DNA from: Candidatus Altimarinota bacterium
GTDB lineage: Bacteria > Patescibacteriota > Gracilibacteria > UBA1369 > JBGAUX01
DNA length: 64,000 nt
Assembly (NCBI GenBank): GCA_044228405.1
Contig: JBGAUX010000001.1
Span: 21,414-85,413 of the forward strand
Direction of reading: 5' to 3'
A program made the position numbers and the translations under genes. This document shows positions 18,753 to 28,612 of the stretch, piece by piece. Every line of letters begins with the position of its first letter. Position 1 is the first letter of the stretch. The notes under the pieces are model-generated. The model had not been told where the DNA came from. It saw only the letters and a list, made by a program, of their open reading frames with translations, and did not search any database.

Positions 18753-19079
18753 TTGCCGAAGTTGCCAGGAGGCGGAAGTGCTAATTCAAATGAAATCACT
18801 CCAGAGGACGAGGCAGCCTTTGAAGAACAAAACTCATTGGGTGGACCTGTTATTACACCTGTTGAGGGTGGAAGAGCTTCAATTAGACAAAGAGTGACAG
18901 GCGCATTAGGAGGTGCAATTGACGGAACAGTTGGCAGAGTGCCATTGGTAGGTCAATCTATCGCTCATCCAATCAGGGCATTTAAAAACTTAATTCATGG
19001 CGTTCTCCATCCTGTCAAAAGCGCTAAAAACTTCGCTGGAGGGGTTAGAAGAACATTCACTAGGCGTCCAAAATTATAA
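18753..19079 (+). CDS. Small Gly-rich basic hypothetical protein (~108 aa)
   Basis: The ORF track gives 18603..19079. An AAGGAGG Shine-Dalgarno at 18742-18748 sits 4 nt before an in-frame TTG at 18753, which suggests a shorter product. I recognise no family. Confidence 0.4.
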   Translation: MPKLPGGGSANSNEITPEDEAAFEEQNSLGGPVITPVEGGRASIRQRVTGALGGAIDGTVGRVPLVGQSIAHPIRAFKNLIHGVLHPVKSAKNFAGGVRRTFTRRPKL

Positions 19080-19089
19080 CCAATCAAAT

Positions 19090-19455
19090 TTGGAACGGAA
19101 AAAACTCGGCTCATATGGCGAAAATATTGCCAGAGCCTATTTACTAAAACACAATTACTCAATTTTGGGACAAAATTTCCATAGTAGATTTGGCGAAATC
19201 GATATTATTGCCCAAAATCAACAGGACTATGTTTTTATTGAAGTAAAGACTAGAATAAACACAAGTTTTGGTGAGCCCGAAGAGTCTATAAATCGGCGCA
19301 AATTAATTAAAATCTACAAAACGGTTTATCATTACTTGGAGCAAAAAGACCTAAAAACCAAAAATATTCATTGGCGTATCGATTTAATTGCCATAAAATT
19401 AGCTCGAAACTTAGAGGTTGAAACTTTAAATCACTACCAAAATATCTTTATATGA
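19090..19455 (+). CDS. yraN: YraN family (UPF0102) endonuclease-like protein
   Basis: YGENIARAYLLKHNYSILGQNFHSRFGEIDIIAQ...FIEVKTR matches the YraN core. The ORF track ATG at 18997 overlaps the previous ORF. An in-frame TTG at 19090 gives a typical ~121 aa. The start site is uncertain. Confidence 0.75.
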   Translation: MERKKLGSYGENIARAYLLKHNYSILGQNFHSRFGEIDIIAQNQQDYVFIEVKTRINTSFGEPEESINRRKLIKIYKTVYHYLEQKDLKTKNIHWRIDLIAIKLARNLEVETLNHYQNIFI

Positions 19456-20495
19456 ATGATAACAAAAAACTCTCAATTGTAATTTTGATTTTATTCGCAA
19501 TAGGAGCGGTTTTTACAGTTATTTGGGGGCTTTTTTTAAACCAGGGAACGCTTGTTGTAGAGGGTGATGCCCCATTTGAAGTCAGTGTAATTACTGGGCC
19601 AACCGAAAAATGCTCGCAAAGCCCTTGTAGTATAGAGGTTAAACCAGGGATGCACACAGTTATTGTGAGAAAATCTGGCTTTAGAGAAGAAAGACAAGAT
19701 GTTGAAGTTAAAAGGTGGAAAGACAATAAAATCGCAGTGGATTTTGAGTTTATACCTGTAATTAAAGAGGTTGAAGGTGAAGAAGCAATTAGCAAAACTG
19801 AGCATTTTACATTGCAAAACCAGGGTGATGGACGCCAAGCACTTATGTTTGAAAATACGGAAAACAGTGAAGAAAAAGTTGTGGCTTACTTTCCAAAACC
19901 GCTTGAAGATGCGGAAGTTTTTACATCGAAAACAGAAAGTGCAGTAGCCGTTTTAGACAAATCTAGTACGGAAAACACAGTTTATTTAGTAGATGTTGCG
20001 AGTTCAAATAAACAGAGTGTTTTTAAATCTACAGCACCAATTATTCACATTTCAGTTTCTCCAAACGGCAAAATGCTAACCGTATTAACAGATGAAAAAA
20101 GCTATTTGGTGTATGAAAATGGCGATTTTGAAGAGTTGAATTTTAAGATTGAGGGATTTGGAATTGATTGGTTTGATGACGAAATTTTGGCTATGGTTAG
20201 CCCAACACTGCTTAGTGGAGATGTGCAAATTAAGGCTGAAGAATTTATACAAAACGAAGGCGTGGCCTTTGATGATTATATGAAAATACTTGATGTAGCC
20301 AACGAAAGTGCTGAGCCAAATTTAGAAGAAAAGGTGCTATTTGTTTATTTTTATGACTTTAAAAATAAACGGGCAGAAAGATTAGTGACAGTTACCGGTG
20401 TAAAAAATCTTCCCGTTAGCTTGACTGTGGAAAACGGTAATTTGTTTTTTTATGATGAAGAAAACAAAAAGTATCAGATTGTTTTAGAGTCATAA
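19452..20495 (+). CDS. PEGA domain membrane-anchored protein
   Basis: N-terminal TM helix. PEGA-like segment: SIEVKPGMHTVIVRKSGFREERQDVEV. The C-terminal part has TolB-like beta-propeller-type repeats (SPNGKMLTVL). It has an ATGA overlap with yraN. Confidence 0.7.
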   Translation: MNDNKKLSIVILILFAIGAVFTVIWGLFLNQGTLVVEGDAPFEVSVITGPTEKCSQSPCSIEVKPGMHTVIVRKSGFREERQDVEVKRWKDNKIAVDFEFIPVIKEVEGEEAISKTEHFTLQNQGDGRQALMFENTENSEEKVVAYFPKPLEDAEVFTSKTESAVAVLDKSSTENTVYLVDVASSNKQSVFKSTAPIIHISVSPNGKMLTVLTDEKSYLVYENGDFEELNFKIEGFGIDWFDDEILAMVSPTLLSGDVQIKAEEFIQNEGVAFDDYMKILDVANESAEPNLEEKVLFVYFYDFKNKRAERLVTVTGVKNLPVSLTVENGNLFFYDEENKKYQIVLES

Positions 20496-20558
20496 TTTCA
20501 AGAAAGTTTAGAAATTTTTAATAAAAACTTGATAAAAGTAGGACAGATATAAAAACTT

Positions 20559-22049
20559 ATGACTGTCTCTATTTTTTCTTGTTATATGCAAGGCTTAAAT
20601 TGTTCTTTAGTAACAATAGAAAGCCATATTTCTCGCGGATTACCTTCGTTTAGTATTGTGGGACTCGCAGATGCTTCTATTCAAGAATCAAAAGAAAGAG
20701 TGAGATCGGCATTAATGAGCTCTGCATTTGAATTTCCAAGCAATCACAAAACTATTAATTTAGCACCAGCACAGCTAAAAAAGCATGGCACACTATTTGA
20801 TTTACCAATTGCCACTGCCCTTTTACTTTCTTCAGATCAAATTGAATTCAATAATTATGATAAAACCTTAATTGTTGGGGAACTTTCTTTAGACGGCTCT
20901 GTAAAAGGAGTGTTTGGCGCATTAATAGTAGCTGATTTTGCCCGTAAACAAGGCTTTGAGAGGGTGATTTTACCAGAATCAAATTTAGCAGAGGCGAAAC
21001 ATATAGATGGAATTGAAATTTTAGGCATTAAACACTTAAGCCAACTTAAAGACATTTCTCAACTAAAAAAGAGCCCAGAGCAAGTCGCGAATATCAATGT
21101 AGAAGCTCACCACACAATGGACTTTTTTGATGTTAGAGGCCAAGAATGTGCAAAAAGAGCCCTAACAATTTCCGCAGCCGGGCGTCATCATGTTTTAATG
21201 CAAGGGCCGCCCGGCTGCGGAAAAACTCTGCTAGCACAAACATTACCAAGCATTTTGCCGGAGCTTAGTTTTGAAGAAAAAATAGAAATCAGCCAAATCT
21301 ATTCATTAAAAGGCCTTTTAGATAGTAATTCTTCGCTAATTTCTCAAAGACCATTTAGAGCTATACACAACACTGCATCAGCTATTTCCATTGTTGGAGG
21401 AGGTGCAAACCCCTTACCTGGAGAAATTTCCTTGGCACACAAGGGCATACTTTTTGTGGATGAAATTGCTGAATTTCCACGCTTTATACTCGAAATGCTA
21501 AGACAGCCACTCGAAAGCGGCACAATTCACATCAGCAGGGCGTCGGCAAACTACACTTTTCCATCGGCTTTTCAGCTTATTGCAGCCATGAATCCTTGTC
21601 CTTGTGGCTATTCTGGTCATCCAACTAAACATTGCAAATGTAGCCAATATAAAATTGAAAATTACACTAAAAAAATCTCAGGTCCTCTGCGCGACAGAAT
21701 GGACATTTGCCTTTATTTACAGCCGGTACAAGAAGATAAAAGTGAGGAAAAATTAACATCTAAGCAAATTAGATTAAAAGTGGAACAAGCATTTTTAAGG
21801 CAAAAAAATCGTTATAAAAATGAATCAATCACTTTCAATTCAGAGTTAAGCCCCGCTCTAATAAAAAAATATGCAAAATTAAGTGAAGGTGCAAAATCAA
21901 TTTTAGAAATTGCACTAAAAAAATTAAGTATTTCTATGCGTGAATACACCAAAATCATTAAACTGGCATTAACAATTTCAGACTTAGATGAAGTTGATAT
22001 AATTGGTGAAACGCAACTGATGGAAGCCCTAAGTTACCGTCAAAATTAA
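20559..22049 (+). CDS. comM: YifB/ComM family Mg-chelatase-like AAA ATPase
   Basis: N-terminal Lon-like domain (GLPSFSIVGLAD), Walker A GPPGCGKT, and Walker B LFVDEIAEF. Confidence 0.9.
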   Translation: MTVSIFSCYMQGLNCSLVTIESHISRGLPSFSIVGLADASIQESKERVRSALMSSAFEFPSNHKTINLAPAQLKKHGTLFDLPIATALLLSSDQIEFNNYDKTLIVGELSLDGSVKGVFGALIVADFARKQGFERVILPESNLAEAKHIDGIEILGIKHLSQLKDISQLKKSPEQVANINVEAHHTMDFFDVRGQECAKRALTISAAGRHHVLMQGPPGCGKTLLAQTLPSILPELSFEEKIEISQIYSLKGLLDSNSSLISQRPFRAIHNTASAISIVGGGANPLPGEISLAHKGILFVDEIAEFPRFILEMLRQPLESGTIHISRASANYTFPSAFQLIAAMNPCPCGYSGHPTKHCKCSQYKIENYTKKISGPLRDRMDICLYLQPVQEDKSEEKLTSKQIRLKVEQAFLRQKNRYKNESITFNSELSPALIKKYAKLSEGAKSILEIALKKLSISMREYTKIIKLALTISDLDEVDIIGETQLMEALSYRQN

Positions 22050-23311
22050 TCTATTTCAGCCTTAGATTTAAGGGTGGAAATAATGTCTTTTGCTGTAGAC
22101 TCAATCATTGGATTATCTGGTGTGAAGTTTTCTTTTTTCTCCCACAGATCCACGATATTTTTCAAACTGCCAATTGCATAGTAGTCTTCGTCTAACTCAG
22201 AAATGTCGTTATATTTAGCTGTAGTTGAATATGGAAGTTGGAAAATACGACTTATAATTCTAGCAAAATCACGACGAGTAGCAGTTTCTTCAGGTCTAAA
22301 TTTTGCTTCATCATCAAGTGCACCTTCGCCATATAAAGTTTGTACATAAGGAGCAAACCAATCTGTATCAGATACATCTTGGTAAAAATGCATAACATTT
22401 TTGTTGGTATTCAAATTTAAAGCATCCACAACTAATCGCGCCAATTCGGCTCTAGTAAGCTTTTGCAAAGGCTGAATGTAAAGTATGTCGCTAAATATTT
22501 TAGCTTCACTTTGCTTGTCTGAAACCTGCAAAACCACAGCTACACTACGAGATCCTTCCCATGGATTCCAGTCTAGTTGAAGTGATTTGCCGTCAACTAA
22601 AGCATGTTCTTTAAAAGATAATTCCGTGATTGTTTTGTGCTTAAAAGTTTGAGATTGATATGAAAAGCTCGAGTCACTTGCCTCTAAAACTGTTGCATCA
22701 TCAGGCTGAATTTTGTCTGTGTAAGCCAACATCAATTTAATGTCTTCATCCCTTTCCGCTTGCAAATTTTTCCAGGTAAAACTAATTAAACCGTTTAAAT
22801 CAACGCTATCAATTCTGAAATTATCAATACCAGTCACATCGTTTTCAACCAATAAACTTTTTTTATCGTTCTCTGAATTTTCGTCAACAAAAGTTAAAGC
22901 TTCCAAATAAATTTCAAGATTTTGCTCGGCCACATTGCTTGGCAAAGAAAAAGTCAATTGTTGCACCACATCCTCATCCTTCTTCATTGAAAAATTACCA
23001 TCTTCTCTACTTAGAACTGTCAAACTTTTTATTGGCTCTATATGTGCCAAAACCTGTTGGTTTAAAAATGCACTACCGGTATTATGTAGTGTTAGAGTTG
23101 CAATATAAGAGTTTTCCTTTAAGTTTTTACTATCAACTTTTTGCAAAGAAACCTCTTTGATAGCTAGATCAAAGCTCATTTCTTCATTGGCAGAGCCATG
23201 TAAAACTGAGGCGTCCATCCAAACTTTACCTGGAGATGTAAAAAATATTGTTACAGCAAACAAAATTACCGCACCAAACAGAGATAAACCAATTATGCGA
23301 GCTAATTTCAT
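22046..23311 (-). CDS. Membrane-anchored protein with C-terminal SLH-like repeats
   Basis: N-terminal TM helix. The C-terminal FYQDVSDTDWFAPYVQTLYGEGALDDEAKFRPEETATRRDFARIISRIF matches the SLH consensus, and a second degenerate repeat follows. Confidence 0.65.
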   Translation of the reverse strand: MKLARIIGLSLFGAVILFAVTIFFTSPGKVWMDASVLHGSANEEMSFDLAIKEVSLQKVDSKNLKENSYIATLTLHNTGSAFLNQQVLAHIEPIKSLTVLSREDGNFSMKKDEDVVQQLTFSLPSNVAEQNLEIYLEALTFVDENSENDKKSLLVENDVTGIDNFRIDSVDLNGLISFTWKNLQAERDEDIKLMLAYTDKIQPDDATVLEASDSSFSYQSQTFKHKTITELSFKEHALVDGKSLQLDWNPWEGSRSVAVVLQVSDKQSEAKIFSDILYIQPLQKLTRAELARLVVDALNLNTNKNVMHFYQDVSDTDWFAPYVQTLYGEGALDDEAKFRPEETATRRDFARIISRIFQLPYSTTAKYNDISELDEDYYAIGSLKNIVDLWEKKENFTPDNPMIESTAKDIISTLKSKAEID

Positions 23312-23407
23312 TTGTGTTTTTGTAACGAATAAATCTAAACATTATACCAAAAAAAGCGCTTGTTTTCAAGTGGCTAAGCTGTAAAATGGACAAACTAACC
23401 GCGAATT

Positions 23408-24670
23408 ATGGAAAATTTTATTGTCGAGGGGCAAATAGCTTTAAAAGGAACAGTGCAAATAAGTGGGTCAAAGAATGCAGTATTGCCTATATTATGCGCT
23501 ACTTTGCTTACCGATCAAGAATGCATAATTAAAAATGTACCAAATATTGATGATGTAAGAAGCATGCTTCAAATACTGGAATTATTAGGTAGTAAAGTTA
23601 GTTTTGAAGGAAATACGGTGGTAATAAAGACGGGAAATATAAAAACAGACAAGCTGCCAAATGAATTAATTAGAAAAATGCGCGCTTCGATATTGTTGGC
23701 AGGACCAGTACTTGCAAGAAATGGAGAGATTAAAGTGGATTTTCCGGGTGGATGTGTTTTAGGAAAGCGGTCTGTGGATGCGCATACTTTTGGTTTTAAA
23801 AAGATGGGAGTGGAAGTGTTAGACGAGGTTAAAAAATTACATTTAAAAGTAAAAAAACTTAAAGGTGCAGATATTTTAATGCCAGAAATGAGTGTGACGG
23901 GCACCGAAAATATGATTATGGCAGCCGTTTTGGCTAAAGGGTTAACCCATGTTAGGCTTTCTGCTTGCGAGCCACATGTGCAGGATTTGTGCCACTTTTT
24001 AAACAAAATGGGTGCTAAAATTAAAGGTATAGGCACACCATATTTAACAATTGAAGGTGTAAAAAAATTGAAAGGAGCAGAATATAAAGTGATAGGCGAT
24101 TACCTAGAGGCAGGAACTTTTGCTATTGCCTGCGCCGCAACAGGTGGAGACGTAGAAATTATTGGCTTTAACACAACAGATTTAGATGCTGTGTGGCAAA
24201 AAATGGATGAAGTAGGCGTGCCAGTTGAATTAAAAAGCAACAAAGTTAGAATTAGACCTGCTAAAAAAATGCATGCCGTGAATATGTTGAAAACGGCTGT
24301 TTATCCTGGTTTCCCAACCGATTTACAGGCACCTTTTGCAGTTTTACTAACGCAGGCACACGGAGTAAGTAAAATTTTCGAAACCTTATTTGAAGGCAGA
24401 CTAAATTACTTGTTTGAATTAGAAAAAATGGGTGCCCGAATAGAATTTTTAAATCCTCATCAAGCAATTATTATTGGAGAAACCAAACTTAAAGGGCTAC
24501 CAATAGCCAGTTGCGACATTCGTGCCGGAGCTGCAATGGTGGTGGCGGCCTTGGCTGCACAGGGTATAACCGAAGTTTCAAATATTAACTACATAGATAG
24601 AGGCTACGAAAAGCTCGAAGAGAAACTCTCTAACTTGGGTGCAAAAATTGAGCGAATACCATTTCAATAG
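23408..24670 (+). CDS. murA: UDP-N-acetylglucosamine 1-carboxyvinyltransferase
   Basis: GSKNAVLPILCATLL, the active-site loop GGCVLGKRSVDAH, and overall MurA length and architecture. Confidence 0.95.
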   Translation: MENFIVEGQIALKGTVQISGSKNAVLPILCATLLTDQECIIKNVPNIDDVRSMLQILELLGSKVSFEGNTVVIKTGNIKTDKLPNELIRKMRASILLAGPVLARNGEIKVDFPGGCVLGKRSVDAHTFGFKKMGVEVLDEVKKLHLKVKKLKGADILMPEMSVTGTENMIMAAVLAKGLTHVRLSACEPHVQDLCHFLNKMGAKIKGIGTPYLTIEGVKKLKGAEYKVIGDYLEAGTFAIACAATGGDVEIIGFNTTDLDAVWQKMDEVGVPVELKSNKVRIRPAKKMHAVNMLKTAVYPGFPTDLQAPFAVLLTQAHGVSKIFETLFEGRLNYLFELEKMGARIEFLNPHQAIIIGETKLKGLPIASCDIRAGAAMVVAALAAQGITEVSNINYIDRGYEKLEEKLSNLGAKIERIPFQ

Positions 24671-25487
24671 TGCCTTCAAGGTCGGTTCTAAAAGATTCAA
24701 TGCCTCTTTGCGCATACTTGTTTAAAGTTTCTGTATGAGGGTGATGGTAGGAATTGTCTTTGCCTGCGGAAATTGTGGCGTATTTTGGTGCGACAGCATC
24801 TAAATACGCGTCGCTGCTACTTGTTTTACTGCCGTGGTGGCCTGCTTTTAAGATGTGGGCGCTTAGGTCATAAGGAGTTTTTAAAATGTGTTCTTCCTCT
24901 TCAATTTCAGCATCGCCAGTAAAAAGCATAGTATTTTCGCCATATTTAAGCCGCAAAACCACTGAATCATTATTAACATTTTCAGGCGAAACAGCTAAAG
25001 ATGGCGCCTGAGGATAGATGATATCAAGCAATAAACCGTCATTAAAATATATATCTTTCAAACTAGAGGCAAAAAGGATGTTAACGCCTTTTTCAGCGAG
25101 GCTTTGTTTGAAATTGGAATACAGCGCACTATTATAGTAAACACCCGTTAAAAGTACATTTTTAACCTTGTAGCGCTCTAAAGTTTCCATAAAGCCAAAC
25201 ATGTGATCGCTATGAGGATGTGTTAATATTAAAAGATCAATTTCATGTTCATGCGCAGGCAAAATTTTGGCGATGCTATCAGTTAAATTTAGGTTTGGAC
25301 CGCCATCAATAATAATGTTGTATCCAAATGGACTACGAATAAAAGTGCTATCACCTTGGCCAACATCAAGAATGTATATGTGTAATTTACCATCAGGGAT
25401 TTGCCAATAAAGGCTAATAGCAATAACAAACAAAGCTACAATCGCTTTCCAATGCAACATATTTGAGTACATAAAATTGCCTTCCAC
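24630..25487 (-). CDS. ComEC/Rec2-related MBL-fold metallo-hydrolase (stand-alone lactamase_B domain with N-terminal TM)
   Basis: Motifs ILDVGQGDSTFI, LILTHPHSDHMFG and KAGHHGSKTSS. Its 3' end overlaps the murA 3' end by 41 nt (convergent). Confidence 0.8.
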   Translation of the reverse strand: MEGNFMYSNMLHWKAIVALFVIAISLYWQIPDGKLHIYILDVGQGDSTFIRSPFGYNIIIDGGPNLNLTDSIAKILPAHEHEIDLLILTHPHSDHMFGFMETLERYKVKNVLLTGVYYNSALYSNFKQSLAEKGVNILFASSLKDIYFNDGLLLDIIYPQAPSLAVSPENVNNDSVVLRLKYGENTMLFTGDAEIEEEEHILKTPYDLSAHILKAGHHGSKTSSSDAYLDAVAPKYATISAGKDNSYHHPHTETLNKYAQRGIESFRTDLEGTIEMVFAQFLHPS

Positions 25488-25539
25488 CCTAAAGCAACAT
25501 TGTTAAAAGAATATAAACAAATGTAAAAAACAGAAAACT

Positions 25540-25570
25540 AAAACAAAAGAGCCCGCCGTAGGCGGGCTCT
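25540..25570 (-). terminator. Rho-independent terminator after the FN3/LPXTG gene
   Basis: GC-rich stem AGAGCCCGCC / GGCGGGCUCU with a 3-nt loop (25548-25570). On the minus strand it is followed by UUUUGUUUU. Confidence 0.7.
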
Positions 25571-25604
25571 TTCTCATTTAAAATCAAACAAATACTTTAG
25601 CGGA

Positions 25605-27137
25605 CTATTTTTTCTTTTTCTTTCTCCAAAATGATGGGAAAAATGCAGAACCTAATAGCAATCCAGCTGTTCCAATACCAGTTTCTGGTAGCATAATTTT
25701 GCTAACAACACCGTCATTTTCATTTCCAGCTGTATCTTTCGCTGTAATTTTCAACCAGTACTCCACACCAGGAACTAAATCTTTAAGTTCATAGCTAGAA
25801 GCAGTTTTACCTAATGAAAGTCCTTTATCGTATGTTTTACCACCATCTTGACTCTTATATAAGATTTGATCAGCCAAGTCTTTAGCCGCATCAGCACTTA
25901 CAGTCCAAGTCAATTTTACAACTACATCGTTTACTACTTTAGCAACAAAGTTTGTAATATTTTCAGGAGCAAGTTTGTCGATAATTGAATCAGACATTTT
26001 ACCTGCGAAAGAAGTAGAACTATCTTCAGCAGCAATCATATTGCCAGCTTCGTCTTTAATTTCTAAAGCTACAACAGAGTAATTAACATCTTCTTGGTTA
26101 GCAGTAGTTAATTTTGCTGTCATGCCGTCTTTATCAAGCACAACACCAACTACACTTAACTCTTTATCTGCATCTTTTTCAGAAACGATTAAGAAATTAC
26201 TTGTAGGATCTTTACTTAAAACTACTTTTTCAGAGAAAACTACAGACAATTCAGTATTACTTGTAGCCTTTGCAGAAACAACTTTAGGAGTCGTTTTATC
26301 CAAAGGATCAACCGTAGCATCTTCTGCTTTAGGTTCTGCTTCACCGCTACCTACAAAGATTCCAGTGTCAGAAGTTCCGCTAGCAACTGGGTTAGCCGCC
26401 AAGTCTTCAACATCAGCAGTTACTTCCAATTTATATTCATCTTTTGATTTTTGCGGTTCAGTTACCAAAATAACCATTTTTTTCATTTCTTCTTCTTTTT
26501 CTTTGTCAGTTTTTTTATCGTCTTTTTTGTAAATTTCACCTTTATAGTCTTTTGCAAGCATAGCTTCGTTTACTTCTAGAGCAATCAAAGATTTACTATT
26601 TGTAATTTGAAAAGCCATTTCAGGAGATTTTGCTGGAAGTTTTACTTCTTCAGTAAAAACAACTTTTACTACAGTTTGATATAGCGCTTCAGCTTCAGCA
26701 ACTTCAGGAGCTTCTTTGTCTGTTACAGCTTTGTCACCTGTTGGTCTTGCTGTTGCTTCAATACTATAGTTAACACTTTCATTTCCTGCTGCGTCGTATG
26801 CTGTTAAAGCAAAATAATAATCCTTAGCGTTCGTAAGAGATTTAACAGTGAACGAATTCACATTACCAGCATCAGCTGTTGTTGTGTAATCACCCGATGT
26901 AGCAGTTACAGGAGTAACCCCGTAATATATATTGTAACCGGTTACAGCAACATTGTCTGTTGATGCATCCCAAGTTAGAGTGATTTCGCCGTTACCAGCT
27001 TTTGCTTTTACATTCTCCACATCAGATGGAGGAAGAATGTCGCCCGCTTGTGCAAAAGTAGGCACAACCGCCAGTACTAAGCTGGAGATAACTACCATTA
27101 CTACGAATGATACTAATAGAGAAAATTTCTTTTTCAT
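25605..27137 (-). CDS. Fibronectin type III / Ig-like repeat surface protein with LPXTG sorting signal
   Basis: Signal peptide MKKKFSLLVSFVVMVVISSLVLAVVPTFA. FN3-like segments (ITLTWDASTDNVAVTGYNIYY, VKLTWTV...EYWLKITAKDTAGNE). C-terminal LPETG followed by a hydrophobic stretch and RKKKKK. Confidence 0.8.
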   Translation of the reverse strand: MKKKFSLLVSFVVMVVISSLVLAVVPTFAQAGDILPPSDVENVKAKAGNGEITLTWDASTDNVAVTGYNIYYGVTPVTATSGDYTTTADAGNVNSFTVKSLTNAKDYYFALTAYDAAGNESVNYSIEATARPTGDKAVTDKEAPEVAEAEALYQTVVKVVFTEEVKLPAKSPEMAFQITNSKSLIALEVNEAMLAKDYKGEIYKKDDKKTDKEKEEEMKKMVILVTEPQKSKDEYKLEVTADVEDLAANPVASGTSDTGIFVGSGEAEPKAEDATVDPLDKTTPKVVSAKATSNTELSVVFSEKVVLSKDPTSNFLIVSEKDADKELSVVGVVLDKDGMTAKLTTANQEDVNYSVVALEIKDEAGNMIAAEDSSTSFAGKMSDSIIDKLAPENITNFVAKVVNDVVVKLTWTVSADAAKDLADQILYKSQDGGKTYDKGLSLGKTASSYELKDLVPGVEYWLKITAKDTAGNENDGVVSKIMLPETGIGTAGLLLGSAFFPSFWRKKKKK

Positions 27138-27183
27138 GTTGTATTTGTTTATTTGTTTTTAAATGAAATCTGATCATTGTATC

Positions 27184-27211
27184 AAAAAACCCCAACTTTT
27201 TCAAGTGGGGG
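27184..27211 (-). terminator. Candidate rho-independent terminator after the CNNM/TlyC gene
   Basis: The minus strand reads CCCCACUUGAAAAAGUUGGGG followed by UUUUUU. Confidence 0.55.
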
Positions 27212-27246
27212 CAATAGGAAACTCTATAACTGTACTTGACAAATTG

Positions 27247-28509
27247 CTATTTAGATTTCTTTTTCAGCGTGGGTTTTTTGGTGATTTTCACACTCAAAAT
27301 CTTTTTTCCAGTCATTCTAAATATCTGAACTTTAGCCTGAGGGAAATCAATAACTTCGGCTCTCTTAGGGAATCTCTTCAGTTTTTCCAAAATCACACTA
27401 TTAACAGTTTCAAACATATCTGCATGCAAGGTCACCTTTAATGAGTCGTACACATCTTCTACCTTGGCATCACCGCGAGCAATAATAGTTTTATCGTTGA
27501 TTTTCTCCACCGCATCTTCTTCTGTATCCGATTCATCCATAATGTCGCCAACAATTTCTTCAAGCAGATCCTCAAGTGTAACAAGCCCTTCTGTGCCACC
27601 TCTTTCATCAACTACTATGGCAATGTGAGTTCTTCTTTTTTGAAACTCCCTAAATAAAGAATTAATTCTTTGAGTTAAAGGCACCACATAAGGATGCGAA
27701 AGGTTTAAAGTAGAGATTTTTGTTTTTTCGTCATGCTCATCCATGTAGTGCAATATCTCTTTCACGGTAATTAAACCTTTAATATCATCAAGATTATGAC
27801 CATAAACCGGCAAGCGACTATGTGAGTGTGCAATTGCATAATCAGCTGCTTCGGCCAGGGTAAATGACTCTGGAATAGCCTCCATATCTGTTCTGTGCAC
27901 CATTACATCTTCAACAATAATGTCATTAAATTGCAGTACATTCTCAATAAATTCGCGTTCTTGTTTGTTAATTGAACCTTCGGCAGCGCCAATTTTAACC
28001 ATTTCTTTAATTTCATCTTCGGTAACGGTTGTATGAGGAGCTTCACCAAATATTTTAAATAAAACCTTAGTAATACTATCAAAAAACCAAACCAGCGGTG
28101 TGAAAAAAATACCAAAATAATAGTAAAACCAGGCAATATTCAACGAAATAGAGGTAGCGTGGGAAATTGCCAAAGATTTAGGGCCGATTTCACCAAAAAT
28201 CAGGAGGATAAATGTCATTACAGCGGTAGCGATACCCACACCACTCGAGCCGTAAATTTCTGTAAAAATCAAACCAGCAAAAGCGGAAGCACCGATATTT
28301 ACAATGTTATTGCCAATCAGTACCGCTATCAATAGCTTGTGAGGGTTTTGTTTTACTTTAGACAAATATTTGGCTCCTCGTCGCTTTTTTAACACCAGTT
28401 CCTTTACTCTGGCAACGGAAATAGTAGTCAATGCAGTTTCACTCGCAGAGAAAAATCCTGAAAAAATTACTAGAAGACCTAAGATGAGGAGTTGCGACTC
28501 CGACGACAT
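27247..28509 (-). CDS. CNNM/TlyC family transporter (DUF21-CBS pair-CorC_HlyC)
   Basis: N-terminal multi-TM DUF21 region, CBS region (VEDVMVHRTDM, LPVYGHNLDDIKGLI) and a C-terminal CorC/HlyC region. ATG at 28509 is preferred over the ORF track start at 28539. Confidence 0.88.
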   Translation of the reverse strand: MSSESQLLILGLLVIFSGFFSASETALTTISVARVKELVLKKRRGAKYLSKVKQNPHKLLIAVLIGNNIVNIGASAFAGLIFTEIYGSSGVGIATAVMTFILLIFGEIGPKSLAISHATSISLNIAWFYYYFGIFFTPLVWFFDSITKVLFKIFGEAPHTTVTEDEIKEMVKIGAAEGSINKQEREFIENVLQFNDIIVEDVMVHRTDMEAIPESFTLAEAADYAIAHSHSRLPVYGHNLDDIKGLITVKEILHYMDEHDEKTKISTLNLSHPYVVPLTQRINSLFREFQKRRTHIAIVVDERGGTEGLVTLEDLLEEIVGDIMDESDTEEDAVEKINDKTIIARGDAKVEDVYDSLKVTLHADMFETVNSVILEKLKRFPKRAEVIDFPQAKVQIFRMTGKKILSVKITKKPTLKKKSK

Positions 28510-28612
28510 TATTATGTTGAAATTAAGACAACAAGGCAATTATACAGAGTAGCGTTTGTTTTTACAATAGCTTAAGCTTCTGCTAGATTTTAGAAAGCAA
28601 CTTAATGTCATT

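Noticed and set aside
23569-24036. 155-aa antisense ORF inside murA. Similar long antisense ORFs occur at 6751-7146, 19448-19795, 26122-26532, 47045-47413, 15181-15525 and 2507-2824.
   Set aside because: All lie fully within well-supported genes on the opposite strand and have low-complexity, Ser/Leu/Phe-rich translations. These are shadow ORFs typical of AT-rich genomes.
28540-28612. T-box or other leader upstream of argS, and likewise the 60-nt gap upstream of lysK (17115-17174)
   Set aside because: These intergenic regions are far too short for T-box leaders, and I saw no terminator or antiterminator structure.
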